A DNA stretch of 63,637 bases, counting the filler, from Chiloscyllium plagiosum (Eukaryota): the NCBI RefSeq assembly GCF_004010195.1. It is 6 parts of 6 records of this genome, joined end to end, with 100 filler letters (N's around TTAATTAATTAA, not from the genome) between each part and the next. Parts side by side here need not be neighbours in the genome. Positions count along the whole stretch, not along the records: positions 25,351 to 56,994 come from NC_057721.1; 5 more parts are not named here. The stretch is one strand, 5' to 3'. Shown here one piece after another: positions 40,716 to 54,955 of the stretch. Made by a program: the position numbers and the translations under genes. The notes beneath the pieces are model-generated. The model was not told where the DNA came from and made no database searches. It saw only the letters and a program-made list of their open reading frames with translations. How positions within the stretch are numbered: the stretch's first letter is position 1; the number at the start of each line of letters is the position of its first letter.

Positions 40716-42016
40716 TGCTATCCACTGAGCCACCATGCCACGCCTACCTTTCATCTCAACTTGTTGAGCAGATTGGAAATCTTCATTTGCCCCATATAGT
40801 TGTCCGACTGGTCAACTAGACATGTTCACAACCTCAGTTATGGTACAAGATGATTGCTGCCCACTTAGCTTTTTTTTCCACTGGTGCTGACAATTCTTTC
40901 TTGAAACACAAATGACATGTCAATTCATCATCGAGCATTAAAAGCAAATTTGTTTGATCAATTTGTTCAGAGATCTGACATTGATTCAGAACAGTTTCAT
41001 TCAAAGATTTGTCAATGAGTCAAGTGAGTTGTGCAGCTCATTCTTGTTGTCAGTATTTGCTTTTGCTGTTATACTTGCTGATTATTGTTTTCTGCATTTT
41101 CTTCTGCAATAGGAGTAGAAAACATTTCCACCAACCTTACAGGTTCCGTAACTTCCTTTCCATTGATAGTATGAAGCAATTTCCTCTACTTTCTGGGTTC
41201 CTCCATGAACCTAGGAAGCTCATGAAATCTTTTACCAATTGTCCTTTATCAACTGGTGAACAATGGTTTGTTTCAGAATCAGTAATTCTCTTGGAACTAG
41301 TTGAACACCTGCTTCTGCAAGGATGTTGAGATCAAGCCATGTCTGCCGGCTCAAAACTGAAAACTGTTGATTATGGATTGGGTAAACACTATCAACTTTT
41401 ATGTCTTTTGTGTTGCAATGTTACTTATATCATAGCTTTGCTGTTGAGAACTATTCCAACTGCAGCAAGCAGTCTCATCTCTGTAGGCAGTAATTTCCGC
41501 TCCTTCAGCCATGGTATTTGATCTGATAGGACAGTGATACTTGTTCATGGATCAAGCTTAAATTAATAATATCAATTGGTATTAAAAAAATGTTCTGTCA
41601 AACTTGGGCCTGTTGCATCACTAATTTCCCTTAGATATTCTTCCGGTATGTTTTTCCAGTGGCGTTTGTTCTACAATATCATACTCTTTGCAAGTGTAAC
41701 CTCTACCACAATAACTGCTCTGAAACTGAGTCCTACTTCTGCACATCTTCTAGACCTACAGTTTTATAGAAGTAACATTCTCTTGTCAGAGAATGCCTCT
41801 TGGGCTTGTAACTCTTTTCTGCTCCACAGCCTTGACACTGACTCTCAGTGTCTGCTGTTTGCCCACCCTTTGTGTTGGCTTGTGAGTGTGTATTTTATAC
41901 TTTATAAAATGGATAGATTCTGGTGCTCTCCAGTTGTTAGATTGTCCTTCTGGATTTCTGAACTCTCAGGATTTGTTTTTGACTTTCTGGTTTCTGTTTC
42001 GAACACAATTTCAATA

Positions 42017-42505
42017 GATAAACTGTCCCGTGGCTGAACACTTTAACTCCCCCTCCCACTCCGCCAAGGACATGCACGTCCTTGGCCTCCTCCATCGCCA
42101 GATCATGGCAACACGACGCCTGGAGGAAGAGCGATTCATCTTCCGCCTAGGAACCCTCCAACCACACGGGATGAATGCAGATTTCTCCAGCCTCCTCATT
42201 TCCCCTCCCCCCACCTTATCTCAGTCCCAACCCTCGGACTCAGCACCGCCTTCCTAACCTGCAATCTTCTTCCCGACCTCTCCACCCCCAACCCCTCTCC
42301 CGCCTACCACCCTCACCTTAACCTCCTTCCACCTATCGCATTCCCAACGCCCGTCCCCCAAGTCCCTCCTCCCTACCTTTTATCTTAGCCTGCTTGGCAC
42401 ACCTTCCTCATTCCTGAAGAAGGACTTATGCCCGAAACGTCGATTCTCCTGCTCCTTGGTTGCTGCCTGACCTGCTGCGCTTTTCCAGCAACACATTTTT
42501 CAGCT
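42017..42505 (+). mobile_element. Young Penelope-like 3' fragment with 12-bp TSD
   Basis: VAEHFNSPSHS..DM.VLGL...RRLEEERFIFRLGTLQPHGMN; TSD ACAATTTCAATA at 42005-42016 and 42506-42517. Confidence 0.88.
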
Positions 42506-43499
42506 ACAATTTCAATAAAGACAACTTTCATTAGACAATTACGTTTGACAAAGACTTATCAATAATTTCAGCAACAATTCTACTTCTTATGAATTCGGAT
42601 CTCAAAGTTCTCAAAGAAATAAGGTTATCTATGGATCCTCGAGGATTTTGAATTCTTCTGTTAAATCTTGCTCTTTTCAAGGAATTTGCATGAACTTCAT
42701 AATGAAGTAACTATCTGTTAGATCTTATATTTTCCAATGGGAGTCTGAGTCTGGTGGTAGATTCAGGTACAGCTTTATTTTGGTACAACTTCATTACAGC
42801 TTCAGATTTTCTTTTCAGTTAGACACACAAAAACCTCAGATTGTATACAGTGAAAACTTAGAGGGCACAGGCCCAACCCCCGTATGACTGGTCAGAGGTG
42901 CCCAGTTATCCCTCTGTGATTGGCTGTCTGGTACAGCACCAAAAAGCCACAGACAGGCTGGTGATCCAGCCTCGGTGATGATGTTTTCACAGATTTTAAT
43001 GATAAAAGGGGGCATTTCTATTGCCTGAAACCTTTTTTTTTGGTGATTTTTTTTGTATATATGTGGATCTGTAGCCACTTTGGAACCTATATCTATGATT
43101 ATCTGAAGAATCTTAACTGAAACCTACTCTTGATTTTGTAACAGTTGATTAAATAATTCAAGAGAAACAACTACTTAGTGTCAAATGTTCTTATCCATGT
43201 AAGAATTTGCAGCGGCACATTCCATCCTAGCCAGTAACCTTAATTAAACAGTCTTGCTGTTGCTTGACTTGCTGGGACTACGTTAAGAAAATATTTTCCC
43301 AAATCTGTCTATCTACTGTCAGCCATGTTCTGCTGCAGAATTAGTCAGGGGCAGTTCACGACCATTTTATGCTGCTCTGTCATGGGCATCACTAACAATC
43401 CCCATGTTGATTCCCTCTTAAGTGAATCACAAAGTACGCAAGTATGTAGTTACTTATAAAAGATAGGCTTTCTATGCAAGAATGTTTGCCACACAGGTT

Positions 43500-44790
43500 G
43501 CTTATATTTTAGGAACCTAACTTACAGGACTGCGGCACTTGTTGGCAACAGCATTTGATATAATGAAAACAAATAATATATAATGAGAATTACTACAATG
43601 AATTACACTGTATCCTGCACCGGGTAGGTTCCCAAAAATCCCAACCAGCCTGTTGCCTAACTTCACAGCGTGGAGGATGGGGGTTGTTTTAGTTTATCCA
43701 TTTCCTTCCTAATGTGCGCTGCCAGGTCAGTGATTCCCTCAGAGTTGTCAGGGATGTGGGTACACAAGTCTGTTCTGGTCAGAGCACAAGTGCCTACCTT
43801 CTCCATTAATATCAAATCAAGGGCCATCCTGTTCTGCAAAGCTGTTTGCCAGATGGCCACCATTTCAATGCTAATCTTATCTAAAAGTTGGGCTATATCA
43901 TTGGCTACTTGTTCTAGGAGAGCTGTCATGTTAATTGGTTCCCTTGCCAGTTTGGCAGTTCCATACCAGGGGAGTAGGATGAAAAAGAACCTCTCAGTTT
44001 CCATGATAGCTCTCTTACCCCTTTGCCCGTCTATTGTATTTCAGATATGGAGGACTATGATGGAAGACAAACCTATTCATGCTGGGGATAAATAGGCATA
44101 GATCTTGAGGCCAGACACTAAGTTTGTGTTGTTGTAAGGAGTAACCCTAGTTATTATCTCGGGATACCATCTTTGCTGGAAAGTACCTTTGCTGGTGAGG
44201 TTTTGGAATGTCAGGAGGGTGGAATTTGCACCCTGGGCTACATTCCAATATTGAGAACACTTGTTGTATCCTATCTCCTGCCCTACCATCCGGATTCTAC
44301 ATAAACATATCCCTCCTGCTGGTCTCCTCATTCCAGAGGTGTTGGCAAGGGTCAAGAATGGGGGTTGTTATGAGGTGTTGTAATTAGTCTGACACCACCT
44401 CTGAAAGATGGTAACCTGTTGGCACCCACTGCTTTCAGGGGTCAGCTTTGTACACGCAATACACCCCTTTCCCTGCTGAGGACTGCCGTGCCAGTGGTAC
44501 CGGATCCTCTGAGGACGCATTCTGGTGAATTACCCATTCTGCCATTTTTTGGATGCATTAAAAGACATGGGTCTTAACGGGATGCCCTCTTTCGAGTGGG
44601 CGGGAATGTGGGAGCATACCTAGCAACTGGAAACATTAACTTGTTCGGCATAGTGTAGAACATGTACATTGCGTGCAATTCCCTTTTCCTTCATCTCCCT
44701 TCTGGTGCAGTGGTTGGCAAATTACTAGTAGGCAAACACTCAAATACACACAGTTAATAATATAACAGGTCTTAAAACTTTAACTTTAGC
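43500..44790 (-). pseudogene. env: Decayed gamma-type retroviral env
   Basis: SU motif NVSSC*VCSHIP (CWVC with W changed to TAG, ~44625); furin site RGKR then AIMETERFFFILLPWYG; ISD LQNRMALDLIL; degenerate CX6CC (CALTRTDLC); hydrophobic TM at ~43570-43610. Confidence 0.88.
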
Positions 44791-44939
44791 TGTGGGGATA
44801 GTTTTTTAGAGCAATATATCATGGAGCCAATCAGGGAGCAGGCTATCTTTGATTAGGTAATAAATAATGAGGCAGGTTTGATCAACTACCTCCAAATAAA
44901 AAATCTCTGTGAAGTAGTTAATCATAACATGATAGAATT

Positions 44940-46125
44940 TAATATTAGTTTGAGAGTTGGAAACATGGGTCAGAAACAACAGTGTTTAACTTAAATAAGG
45001 GGAATTACAAAGGAATGAGGATAGAATGAGCTAAAATAGATGAGATGGTTAGATTAATGGGAAAGACAGTAAGTAAGCAATGGCAGGCATTTAAGGAGAA
45101 ATTCACGACTCCCAGTAAAACATATCCCAGGAAGGGGAAAAGATTCAAAGGAAGGGATAAACAAACCTAATCAAGGAAGTTAAGGACAGTAGGATGTTGA
45201 AACAAAAAGCATATAAGGTAAAAGTCAGTGATAATGCCGAAGACTGGGATAAATTCAAAATCCAGCAAAAATGAACTAAAAAGATAATAAAGAGAAAGAA
45301 AATGAACTACTAGGGTAAACTAGTGAGGAATATAAAAATTGACAAACAAATTTACTTTACATATATAAAAAGGAAGAGAAAAGTCCTTTAGAAAATGTAT
45401 CTGGGGAGATAGTTATGGGGAACAATGAAATGAAAGAGGAGTTAAAAAGATATTTTGCATCAGTCTTTATGGCGAGAGATACTTTGAACATCCCATACTA
45501 AAGCGTATTGGGGGGAGGGGGTGGAAATTAAGTACCATCATCATCACTATAGAAGTAATGTTACACAAACTAATGGGGCTGAAGGGAGTTAAGTCCCTTG
45601 GCCCTAATGGCTTGCATCCTAGGATCCAAAAGGAAGCAGCTACAGAGATAGTTTACTGGGAGTTACTGATATGTTAAGTAAGTGGGCAAAACATTGGCAA
45701 ATGGAGTATAATATGAGAAAATGTGAAGTTCATTTTTGAAGGGACAGTATTATTTAAATAGAGGAAAAACTGCAGAATCTGTACCACAAAGGGACTTAAT
45801 GTTGCTGTGCATGAAATACAGAAAGGCTAATGGAGTATTGGTCTGAGTTTAAAGGAGTTAGAGTGTAAGAGTGAGGAAATCTCACTGCAAATATACAAGG
45901 TGCTAGTGAGAGCACATCTGGAGTACTGTGAGCAGGGTTGGTCCCCTTTAGTTTAGGAAAGATATCATTTCATATGCTGTTCAGAGGCTAGCAGGTTGGC
46001 ACTCATTGGAATCTAGAAGACTGAGAGGTGATCTCATTGAAACATATCAGATTCTTAAGTTGCTTGACAGGATAAATGCTAAGAGCATGTTTTCCCTCAT
46101 GAGAGAGTCTGGGATAAGAGGGCAT
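44940..46125 (+). mobile_element. Decayed CR1 LINE
   Basis: ggcttgcatcctagg, tggcaaatggagtataat and tacaaggtgctagtgagagcacatctggagtactgtg are CR1 ORF2 motifs. Confidence 0.7.
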
Positions 46126-46127
46126 TA

Positions 46128-46408
46128 CTGAAAATGTGTTGCTGGAAAAGCACAGCAGGTCAGGCAGCATCCAAGGAGCAGGAGAAACGATGTTTCAGAC
46201 ATGAACCCTTCTTCAGGAATGAGGAAAGTGTGCCAAGCAGGCTAAGATAAAAGGTAGGCAGGAGGGACTTGGGGGAGGGGCGTTGGAAATGCGATAGGTG
46301 GAAGGAGGTTAAGGTGAGGGTGATAGGCTGGAATGGGGATGGGGGCGGAGAGGTCAGGAAGAAGATTGCAGGTTAGGAAGGTGGTGCTGAGTTCGACGGT
46401 TGGGACTG
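46128..46408 (-). mobile_element. Penelope-like terminal fragment running into a gap
   Basis: Reverse complement of ~42225-42505. Confidence 0.85.
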
Positions 46409-46855
46409 NNNNNNNNNNNNNNNNNNNNNNNNNNNNNNNNNNNNNNNNNNNNNNNNNNNNNNNNNNNNNNNNNNNNNNNNNNNNNNNNNNNNNNNNNNNN
46501 NNNNNNNNNNNNNNNNNNNNNNNNNNNNNNNNNNNNNNNNNNNNNNNNNNNNNNNNNNNNNNNNNNNNNNNNNNNNNNNNNNNNNNNNNNNNNNNNNNNN
46601 NNNNNNNNNNNNNNNNNNNNNNNNNNNNNNNNNNNNNNNNNNNNNNNNNNNNNNNNNNNNNNNNNNNNNNNNNNNNNNNNNNNNNNNNNNNNNNNNNNNN
46701 NNNNNNNNNNNNNNNNNNNNNNNNNNNNNNNNNNNNNNNNNNNNNNNNNNNNNNNNNNNNNNNNNNNNNNNNNNNNNNNNNNNNNNNNNNNNNNNNNNNN
46801 NNNNNNNNNNNNNNNNNNNNNNNNNNNNNNNNNNNNNNNNNNNNNNNNNNNNNNN
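46409..46855. other. Assembly gap (447 N)
   Basis: Run of N. Confidence 0.97.
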
Positions 46856-49800
46856 TCTTTTAACTACCTTGCCACAGAGAGCTATTGGGGCAGAGTCCTT
46901 GAGTATACATAAGCTGAGATAGATTCTTGAACAGTCGGGAATCAAGGGTTAAAGGGGAATGGTGGAAAACTGGATATGAGGAATGTCTGACCAGCCATGA
47001 TCCTAATGAATGGCAGGATAATCTTGAAGGGCTGAATGGCCTATGCCTGTTCCTATTTCTTATGGTTTTAAGGTCTGGTTTTCCTGCTTCCTGGCAGCTT
47101 TCCCACTTTCTGCAGACATTATGAATGTTTCCTTTTTTTAAAGACACAATTTTCCCAAATTTCATGATGCAAAACACAATGCAAACCACTTGCACATTTC
47201 TTAAAATAATCTTCTGTGGCTGCATTCTTAACAAATCTTCACACCAAAATCACAAAGTAAATTATGAATGTCCCAGTTTATTAGAATCATTAAGTAGAAT
47301 CTTATATTAGACTTTGTTTTCAAATTACCCATTAGTCATCTCAGATATACCCTTGTGACTTTTTGATACTGAGGTTCTTGGTTTAAAGAAATAAATCACT
47401 GGACCTTGTTTTGTCCAGTGTAGACTTCTCTCATGGAATGTGCTTGAGAGTAACTCCTTTTCACCTTCTAACATTCCCAGCATTTCGTTTTGAACTGTTA
47501 TTTTAAAACTTTTCTTCTTGCCCATAAGAATTTCTAACTTTACTCATGGGGCTTTGCACTGTTCTCCCAGATCTTTCTTCTGTACGAACTCTAACTTCCC
47601 AATATGAGTATTCTTGTCTTCGCCCACACTGTTATCCTGTGACTCTTAACAACTTGGAGGTGAAGGCTTTCATCTGAAGGGTTGCTTTTGCTGCTACTTC
47701 TAAGAATGCTGCTGACCTTTCGGTTGCTATTGTGATGTCATAAAATGATACCATTTGTAAATTGGTAAACTCACTTCTGAAATATCCTCCTCCTTGAGCA
47801 AATGGATTTTTTATCACTGCTGTTATATAAATTATTTTTACAATGATTCTACTGTTGATCACCATGTCATTTGATGAAGTATGAACCATTAATTGCTCTT
47901 GGTTGAGGTAAGGTGGTGTCACCAATCCATATTTCTGTGCTTTGAAACATAAAGTTTACAAATGGTTAAACTGCCACTGATGGGGTACCAATCCTCCTTT
48001 CTCAACTGAGTCTAAAGGCCTTTGAAATTAACAACAGTGGAGAATAAAATACTGAAACTTAATGAGAGAAGCACTGATTTTAACAAGATGTCTGTTTTAT
48101 ACAATAGCATTAAGTACGAGTTACACTGCCTAGATAGGCATAATTACAAAGTCCAACAGAAGACGGCAATGATACCACTGTTGGGACCTCTTGCTAGACT
48201 GCTTCTTCTCAACCCAAAGGTTTTGTGACATTATCAGATTGGGTAGACTTCAATAACAGCTTCAATATTGACTCCTTCAGAACCATTAACTTATAAGAAT
48301 TATCTCACCTATTCTTCCTCAAAGTATTGATGTGGCATCTTCCATATCCATCTGACAAAGTAATTAAGGCCTCAGATTGATATCTTAACCAAAAGTATTC
48401 ATTCAGTACTGCAAAGGAATGGCAACCTTAAACTTTGTCTTGAATGGAAACCTAAACTTACAACCTTCTGATGAAAACGTTACCAACTAAGCAATATCTG
48501 ATATGGCCATACATTAGAGATCACAATTTCAAACTAACATCTGCAGGTAACTCATGTTAAATGACTGAAAATAACTTTTAATGAAAGTATAAAACTTATT
48601 TTGTGGAGGCACTGTAGGCAGTTCCTTTTAAACTATTCAAACTTTTCCAATTCGTGTCCTTGTATCCTAATTTTGCAGCTTAATATTTAAAGCTTTCCTT
48701 TCAGGCCTGCAAATCAATCAAGTATAATCAATCAAAGCAATTCCAGCAAGTATAAATTTCAGGCTGTAATCTTTGTTTCAGTATTACAGTATCACATTAA
48801 GGAGCTGTAATCACTGTCTCTACACAAAACATGGTCTGCAACATAATGTTGCTGAGGTTCACAGCATTTACTGTGCATCATTATAAGGTGGGAGGCATTC
48901 ACTGTCTTAGTGAAATCTAACTGCTCAGACAGATGACTTCTAGTACACAAGTCCAAGAAGCTGGTTTCAAGTAGGTAACTTCCAGTAAGAGTTTATAAAT
49001 GTGTCCAAAATATTCTTTAGTAACCTTTTAAAAGCATCAAGTCCATATTCCTCAGTCTGTTAAATGAAACAATTATAACAATCCCTCAAACACCCATCCG
49101 TGGATTGATATTTCCGACATTTTGGCAAAGTGCTATTTTCAGGAAGATTCATGAAGTGTTTCTGTCACGGCTCATTGTGAGTTTTCTCCCACAATCTCAT
49201 ACTCAGCCAGAGTGAAGTGGCTCATTGATGCTTGGACACTGCACTATTCATGTCCATGCCACATAGTATGCTTCATCGGGCAACGCGCACTGGAATTACC
49301 ATCGCTGTAAATTCATTGTTACAATACGTATATTTCTATCCCTATTGAACACCAAATGGCCTCTCTTCCATTATGCAAACACCAGGGGTGTCACCACACA
49401 ACACCCACCCACCTCACACCATCAACTCCTCCTCCGCCTCTGAGAAAGAAGTCACAGATCCCTCAGAGGATGCAGTCATAAAGGATGTCCCCTCCACCCT
49501 CTAGCAGCATAAATAATGATACCCTAGTGGGTTCTGTTTTCAGTTTAGATTCAGGAGCATATTGAGCAGCAAATCATTGGCATGTCTCTGCAGTCAGCCG
49601 AGGAAGAAAGGTGCCAGGCTGTGGGCATCCAGAGGACTGCTGGAGACCGGGCACTTGGGAATGCTCAGGCAGAAAGTGATTCCATGGTAGTGGCTGTGAG
49701 TAATTTGGTGCGAATGGACACACAAAGTCACAGCAGGCAGTGTTTGTCAGAGTCATTCAGTAACTGGATCAAAGGTTGGGCGACTGCACCAGTGTGATTA

Positions 49801-49871
49801 ATACTGTGCTGCCTCTAGCTAATATGCTTCTGGTTGTCTCCATGGACAGGTTGGCAGTTGCCATGAAGAGT

Positions 49872-50735
49872 TGAGAGTGTGTTGCTGGAAAAGTACAGCA
49901 GGTCAGGCAGCAGCTGAGGAACTGGAAAATCGACGTTTAGGGCATAACCCCTTCATCAGGAATGAGGCATGTGGGCCAGGAGGACTGAGAGATAAATGGG
50001 AGAGGGGTTGGGGCTGGGGGAAGGTAGCTCAGAATGCAATTAGGTAGATGACGGTGGGGGAAAAGGTGATAGGTTGGAGTGGAGGGTAGAGTGGATAGGT
50101 GGGAAGGAAGATGGACAGGTCAAGAGGGCGGTGCCAGGTTGGAGGCTTGGGACTGGGATAAGGTTGGGGCGGGACTGAGGAAACTGGTGAAATTCACATT
50201 GATTTCCATATTGGTTCCTGTGGTTGCACAGTCCCAATGCAGAAGATGAGGATTGGGTGGTTAGGGATTGGCGATGGAGGAGGCCCGGGTGGCAGGAGCA
50301 GGCTGACACAATGGATTAACCGGGGCAGTCAGGTTTGTGAATCTTGGGTAGGAGGTAGAATCGGGTGGTGGGGGTTCTCAGATTGTGAGATTGGAGGCTC
50401 TGGGTGGGAGATCCCCAGAGGTGGTGAGGTTATGGATGATCTGGGAGATGGTGGTTTGGTGACGGGAGGTGACGTCATGGTCGAGGGGGCAGTAGAAGGA
50501 GGTGTCTGCGAGTTGGCACCTGGCTTCAGCGGTGTAGAGGTTGGTGTGCCAAACTGCCACTGCAACCCCACACCCCCTTGTCTGCTGGTTTGATGGTGAG
50601 GTTGGGGTTGGAGAAGAGGGAGTGGAGGGCTGCGTGTTGCGAGGGTGAGAGGCTGGAGTGGGCGAGGGGGGTGGGCAGGTTGAGGCAGTCTATATCATGG
50701 CAGCAGTTGGAAATGAAGAGATCAAGGGCAGGTTA
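49872..50735 (-). mobile_element. Penelope-like element remnant
   Basis: VWHTNLYTAEARCQLADTSFYCPLDHD...IHNLTTSGDLP resembles Penelope RT N-terminal region; family terminal sequence at ~49872-49960. Confidence 0.75.
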
Positions 50736-52962
50736 CTTGCCATAAAGAGCCAGTATCAGGTGTATGCTCAGCTGCTGCCAGAAACGCATGTAGACGTACA
50801 CTCCATCCCTTCAGCTATTTGTGCTCAGCATTGTGGAATCATAGTACAGAAGATGCCCTTTGGCCCATCAGGTCTGCACCAACAAAAAAACACTCTAAAT
50901 CTACACAAATGCCAAGGCAACTGGGGGAATGATGGATCTTGTCCTCATTCTAAGTGATCTTTTCTCTCAAGGAGATGCAATGTTTCCAGAGAGCTCCCTG
51001 ATAAAGGCGCAAACCACAAACAGCACACCCCTCCAAGAATTGTGCTCTCAAGACACTCCAGAGGTGCCTGTCCTTCTACTTCCACTCTGTCTCCAATCCC
51101 CAATCCCACGGAAATTACAACTGAGCAAGATAAGCCTGCATCTGGGCAGGATCCTCTCAGAGCATCTTGGTTCTTGAGTCACAAATACCCCTGGGGTTGT
51201 CTGCCCACATATTCCAGGCTAAAGGGTCTACCACAGAGCAGGCTCCCCCTACCATGGACTGTGAGAATTCATTTAGATGCAGTTGGAAGGAGAGGAGTAA
51301 ACTTTCTGAGGACGGATAGGTTTCATGATGAGGTAAAATTAACATCCTTTCACAATTGTAAAGCAAAATGCACGTTTAATCTTCACACATCTGGTGGATG
51401 CTCATTTTAGCTGTAGAATCTGGCTACTATGTCAGAGTCATGTAAACGTTTGTATGTCCCAATGATTATAGAAGTTATATTAGTGAAGCATTTCTTATCT
51501 CTGATAATCATACTAGATAGCAGCGGATATCAAAAATCCTTCTCCCCTAGCATTCATAAATGCATCCAAGACTTGACAATTTAGTGAAGAGAGCACTGAG
51601 GCCAAAGGGAATGGGAATGCCATGTGACAGGACCTGACCTGTGATCTCAAGTGTTTCACTAGGTGACAATTCATTAAAGTGTACTTCTCTCAAGTCAGAG
51701 GTAGTTTCCATCCATCTGTTTTACAAAGGAGCACACGCTCATTCAAGGTTGGGCGATGTCCAATGCTCTATTGTCATCAAAACTGTGTCTCTGGAAAAAG
51801 ATTCTGCAAGTGCAGCTTTGTAAGTTTAGATTTTGGAGAGAGTTTCAGTATTTTGACACAACACTGAAGGAACAGCAATATATTTCTGAAGGGTTAAAAG
51901 GCTTCAGTTAGCCAAGGAACCGCTCAGATTTATCAGGTGGGAATTGGCGATGATTAGTTTCTCACAAATGTTTGGGGAGTTGCAAATTCTGTAGAAATGA
52001 AAAGAGATTAGCCAATAATAAGATGCAAATACATTGAAATAAAGTGGTCACTGCTTATTAATGAGATACTGATATAGCCATTGAAATATTAAGCAGAAAA
52101 TCAAACTTATGTATCTTGATATCAAGAATCACATATTTCTCATTCTCACTGCATTTTCCCAAACCTCTTGCCATTATTCATGTTATTCAGACGCTGAGAA
52201 AAGTCCACTTCCTATGTTTAAAGAATTGTTTTCATAACAATATTTAAATTGAAGAAACTTCAATTAGGTACATGTACACAGTGTTTGGGCCCCAGCTCAT
52301 ATAATCTATATTAATGACTTGCATATTGATGACACTGATGCAACCTTTCCACATTTGCTAACAACACACATCTAGGTGGGAATGTGGGTTGTGAGAGGGA
52401 TGTGTAAAGGACTGCGGGGGATTTACACAGGCCAAATGAGTGGACAAAGACATGGAGGATGGACTATAGTGTGGAAAATTGTAAAGTTATCCGTTTTGTA
52501 AACAAATGCAGATTATTTCTTAAACAGGGAGAGATTAGGAAATGTTGGTGTCCAAAGGGAACTGGGTCTCTTTTAGTTCGTAATTTACTGCTGTGGGATC
52601 ATTTTCAAATAACGATCAAAATCGATGAATGGCAAAAGTAGCCTCCTTTATTCAGAAATCACAAGTAGCACAAGTTCATGGCAATGGAATCCCGAAATAC
52701 AGTTCTTACACGAGCCCCTTTATGCACAGTTCTTACATACATTAAATTCCATTATTATGGTGTTACAATTTTTATCTCTAGTCCACAAAGGTTTGAGGGG
52801 CTTTTGTCCTGGGAGACAGGAGATGGGTTAAAACATGTGCTAAGTGCTGGCTGTTACTTCTGATAGGATTAAGAGTGTCTGCCTGTCTTGCATAATTAAG
52901 AGGTGTTAGTCCTTTTGTCTTTTAAGTTAGTAAATGTGAGTAAAAATACTAGGCCTATATAG

Positions 52963-54260
52963 AATCATAGAGTCATAGAGATGTACAGCGCAGAAACAGA
53001 CCCTTCGGTCCAACTCATTCCTGCTGACCAGATATCCGAACTTAATCTAGTCCCATTTGCCAGCAATTGGCCCCTATCCCTCTAAACCCTTCATATTCAT
53101 ATACCTATCCAGATGCCTTTTAAATGTTGCAATTAGACCAGCCTCAACCACTTCTTCTGGCAGCTCATTCCATAAACACACCACTCTCTGCGTGAAAAAG
53201 TTGCCTCTTAGATCCCTTTGATATCATTCCCCTCTCATTCAAAATCTCTAGTTCTGGACACACCTACCCCAGGGAAAAGACCTTGTCTATTTATCCTATC
53301 CATGCCCCTCACAGTTTTATATACATCTATAAGGTCACCCCTCAGCCTCCAAAGCTCTGGGGAAAACAGCCCCAGTCTTTTCAGCCTCTCCCTATAGCTC
53401 AAATCCTCCAACCCTGGCAACATCCTTGTAAATCTTTTCTGAGCACTTTCAAGTTTCAAAACATCCTTCCAATATGAAGGAGACCAGAATTGCACACAAT
53501 ATTCCAACAGTGGCCTAACCAGTGTCCTGTACAGCCGAAACATGACTTCCCAACTCCTGTACTCAATACTCTGACCAATAAAGGAAAGCATACCAAATGC
53601 CTTCTTCACTATCCTATCTACCTGCAATTCCACTTTCAAGGAACTATAAACCTGCACTCCAAGGTCTCTTTATTCAGCAACACTCCCCAGGACCTTAACA
53701 TTAAGTGATAAGTCCTGCTAAGATTTGCTTTTCCAAAATGTAGCACCTCGCATTTATTTAAATTAAACTCCATCTGCCACTTCTCAGCCCATTGGCCCAT
53801 CTGATCAAGATGCCATTGTATTCTGAGGTAACCTTTTTCACTGTCCACTACACCTCCAATTTTCGTGTCATCTTCAAACTTATTAGCTATACCTATTATG
53901 TTCATATCCAAATTATGCATATAAATGACGAAAGGTAGTGGACCCAGCGCCGATCCTTGTGGCACTTCACTGGTCACAGGCCTCCAGTCTGTAAAACAAC
54001 CCACCATCACCACCTTTGTCTTCTACCTTTGAGCCACTTGTGTATCCAAATGGCTAGCTCTCCCTGTATTCCATGAGATCCAGCCTTGCTAATCAGTCTA
54101 CTATGAGGAACCTTGTTGAGTGCCTTACTGAAGTCCATATAGATCACCTCCACTGCCATAGCCTCATAATCCTCTTTGTTACTTCTTCAAAAAACTCAAT
54201 CAAGTTTGTGAAACATAATTTCCCCCTCACAAAGACATGTTGACTATCCCTAATCAGTTG
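52963..54260 (-). mobile_element. CR1 LINE ORF2 remnant
   Basis: VPQGSALGP...KFEDDTKIGG...LYRTLVRPLLEYCVQFWSP; closely similar to 5050-6360. Confidence 0.92.
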
Positions 54261-54684
54261 TGCTCTAAAAAAGTTGGAAATTGTACCTGTACTTAATCAA
54301 AGAATAAAGAATATTAAACTGATTACTGCAGCTGGGTTATGAGATTTATTTACTATTTGCTGGTGTGAATTTCATTCATTTGTGCAATTTCACTTAAGCG
54401 CTGTTTTGACAGTTAGTTGCTTAGAGGGATAACAACCCAGTTAAAACATATTTGACAAGTACATACTAACAGGGGAAATTATTTGGTGTTCTGTTATCTA
54501 TTCAGACTCCGGAGATTGTTGGTAAGGGCTGATCAATATTATAATGCTTCATGGAGACATGAAGGCAGATATGGTATTGCTCTCAATGCTACACTTATTC
54601 AGAAATAGCAAGAACTGATAAGGTATGAAAATGCAGAAATGGCTTTGAAAGGGCTATTTTGATTAGAAAAGGTTGTTTTAAATT

Positions 54685-54955
54685 TGTTCTGATTAGGTTA
54701 GATTCCCTACAGTGTGAAAACAGGCTCTTTGGCCCAACAAGTCCACGCCAACCCATTTCCCTCTGACTAATGCACCTAACACAATGGGCAATTTGGCATG
54801 GCCAAATCACCTGCCCTGTACATCTTTGGACTGTGGGAGGAAACCCACACAGACTCAGGGAGAATGTGCAAACTCCACACAGAGCGCTAGCCAAGGCTGG
54901 AATCAAACCTGGGACCCCGGTGCTGTGAGGCAGCAGTGCTAACCCCTATGCCACC
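54685..54955 (-). mobile_element. HE1-type SINE
   Basis: Reverse-strand SINE body and head. Confidence 0.75.

Noticed and set aside
42827-42835. Isolated ACAAAAACC nonamer
   Set aside because: No heptamer at the right spacing and no V, D or J nearby.
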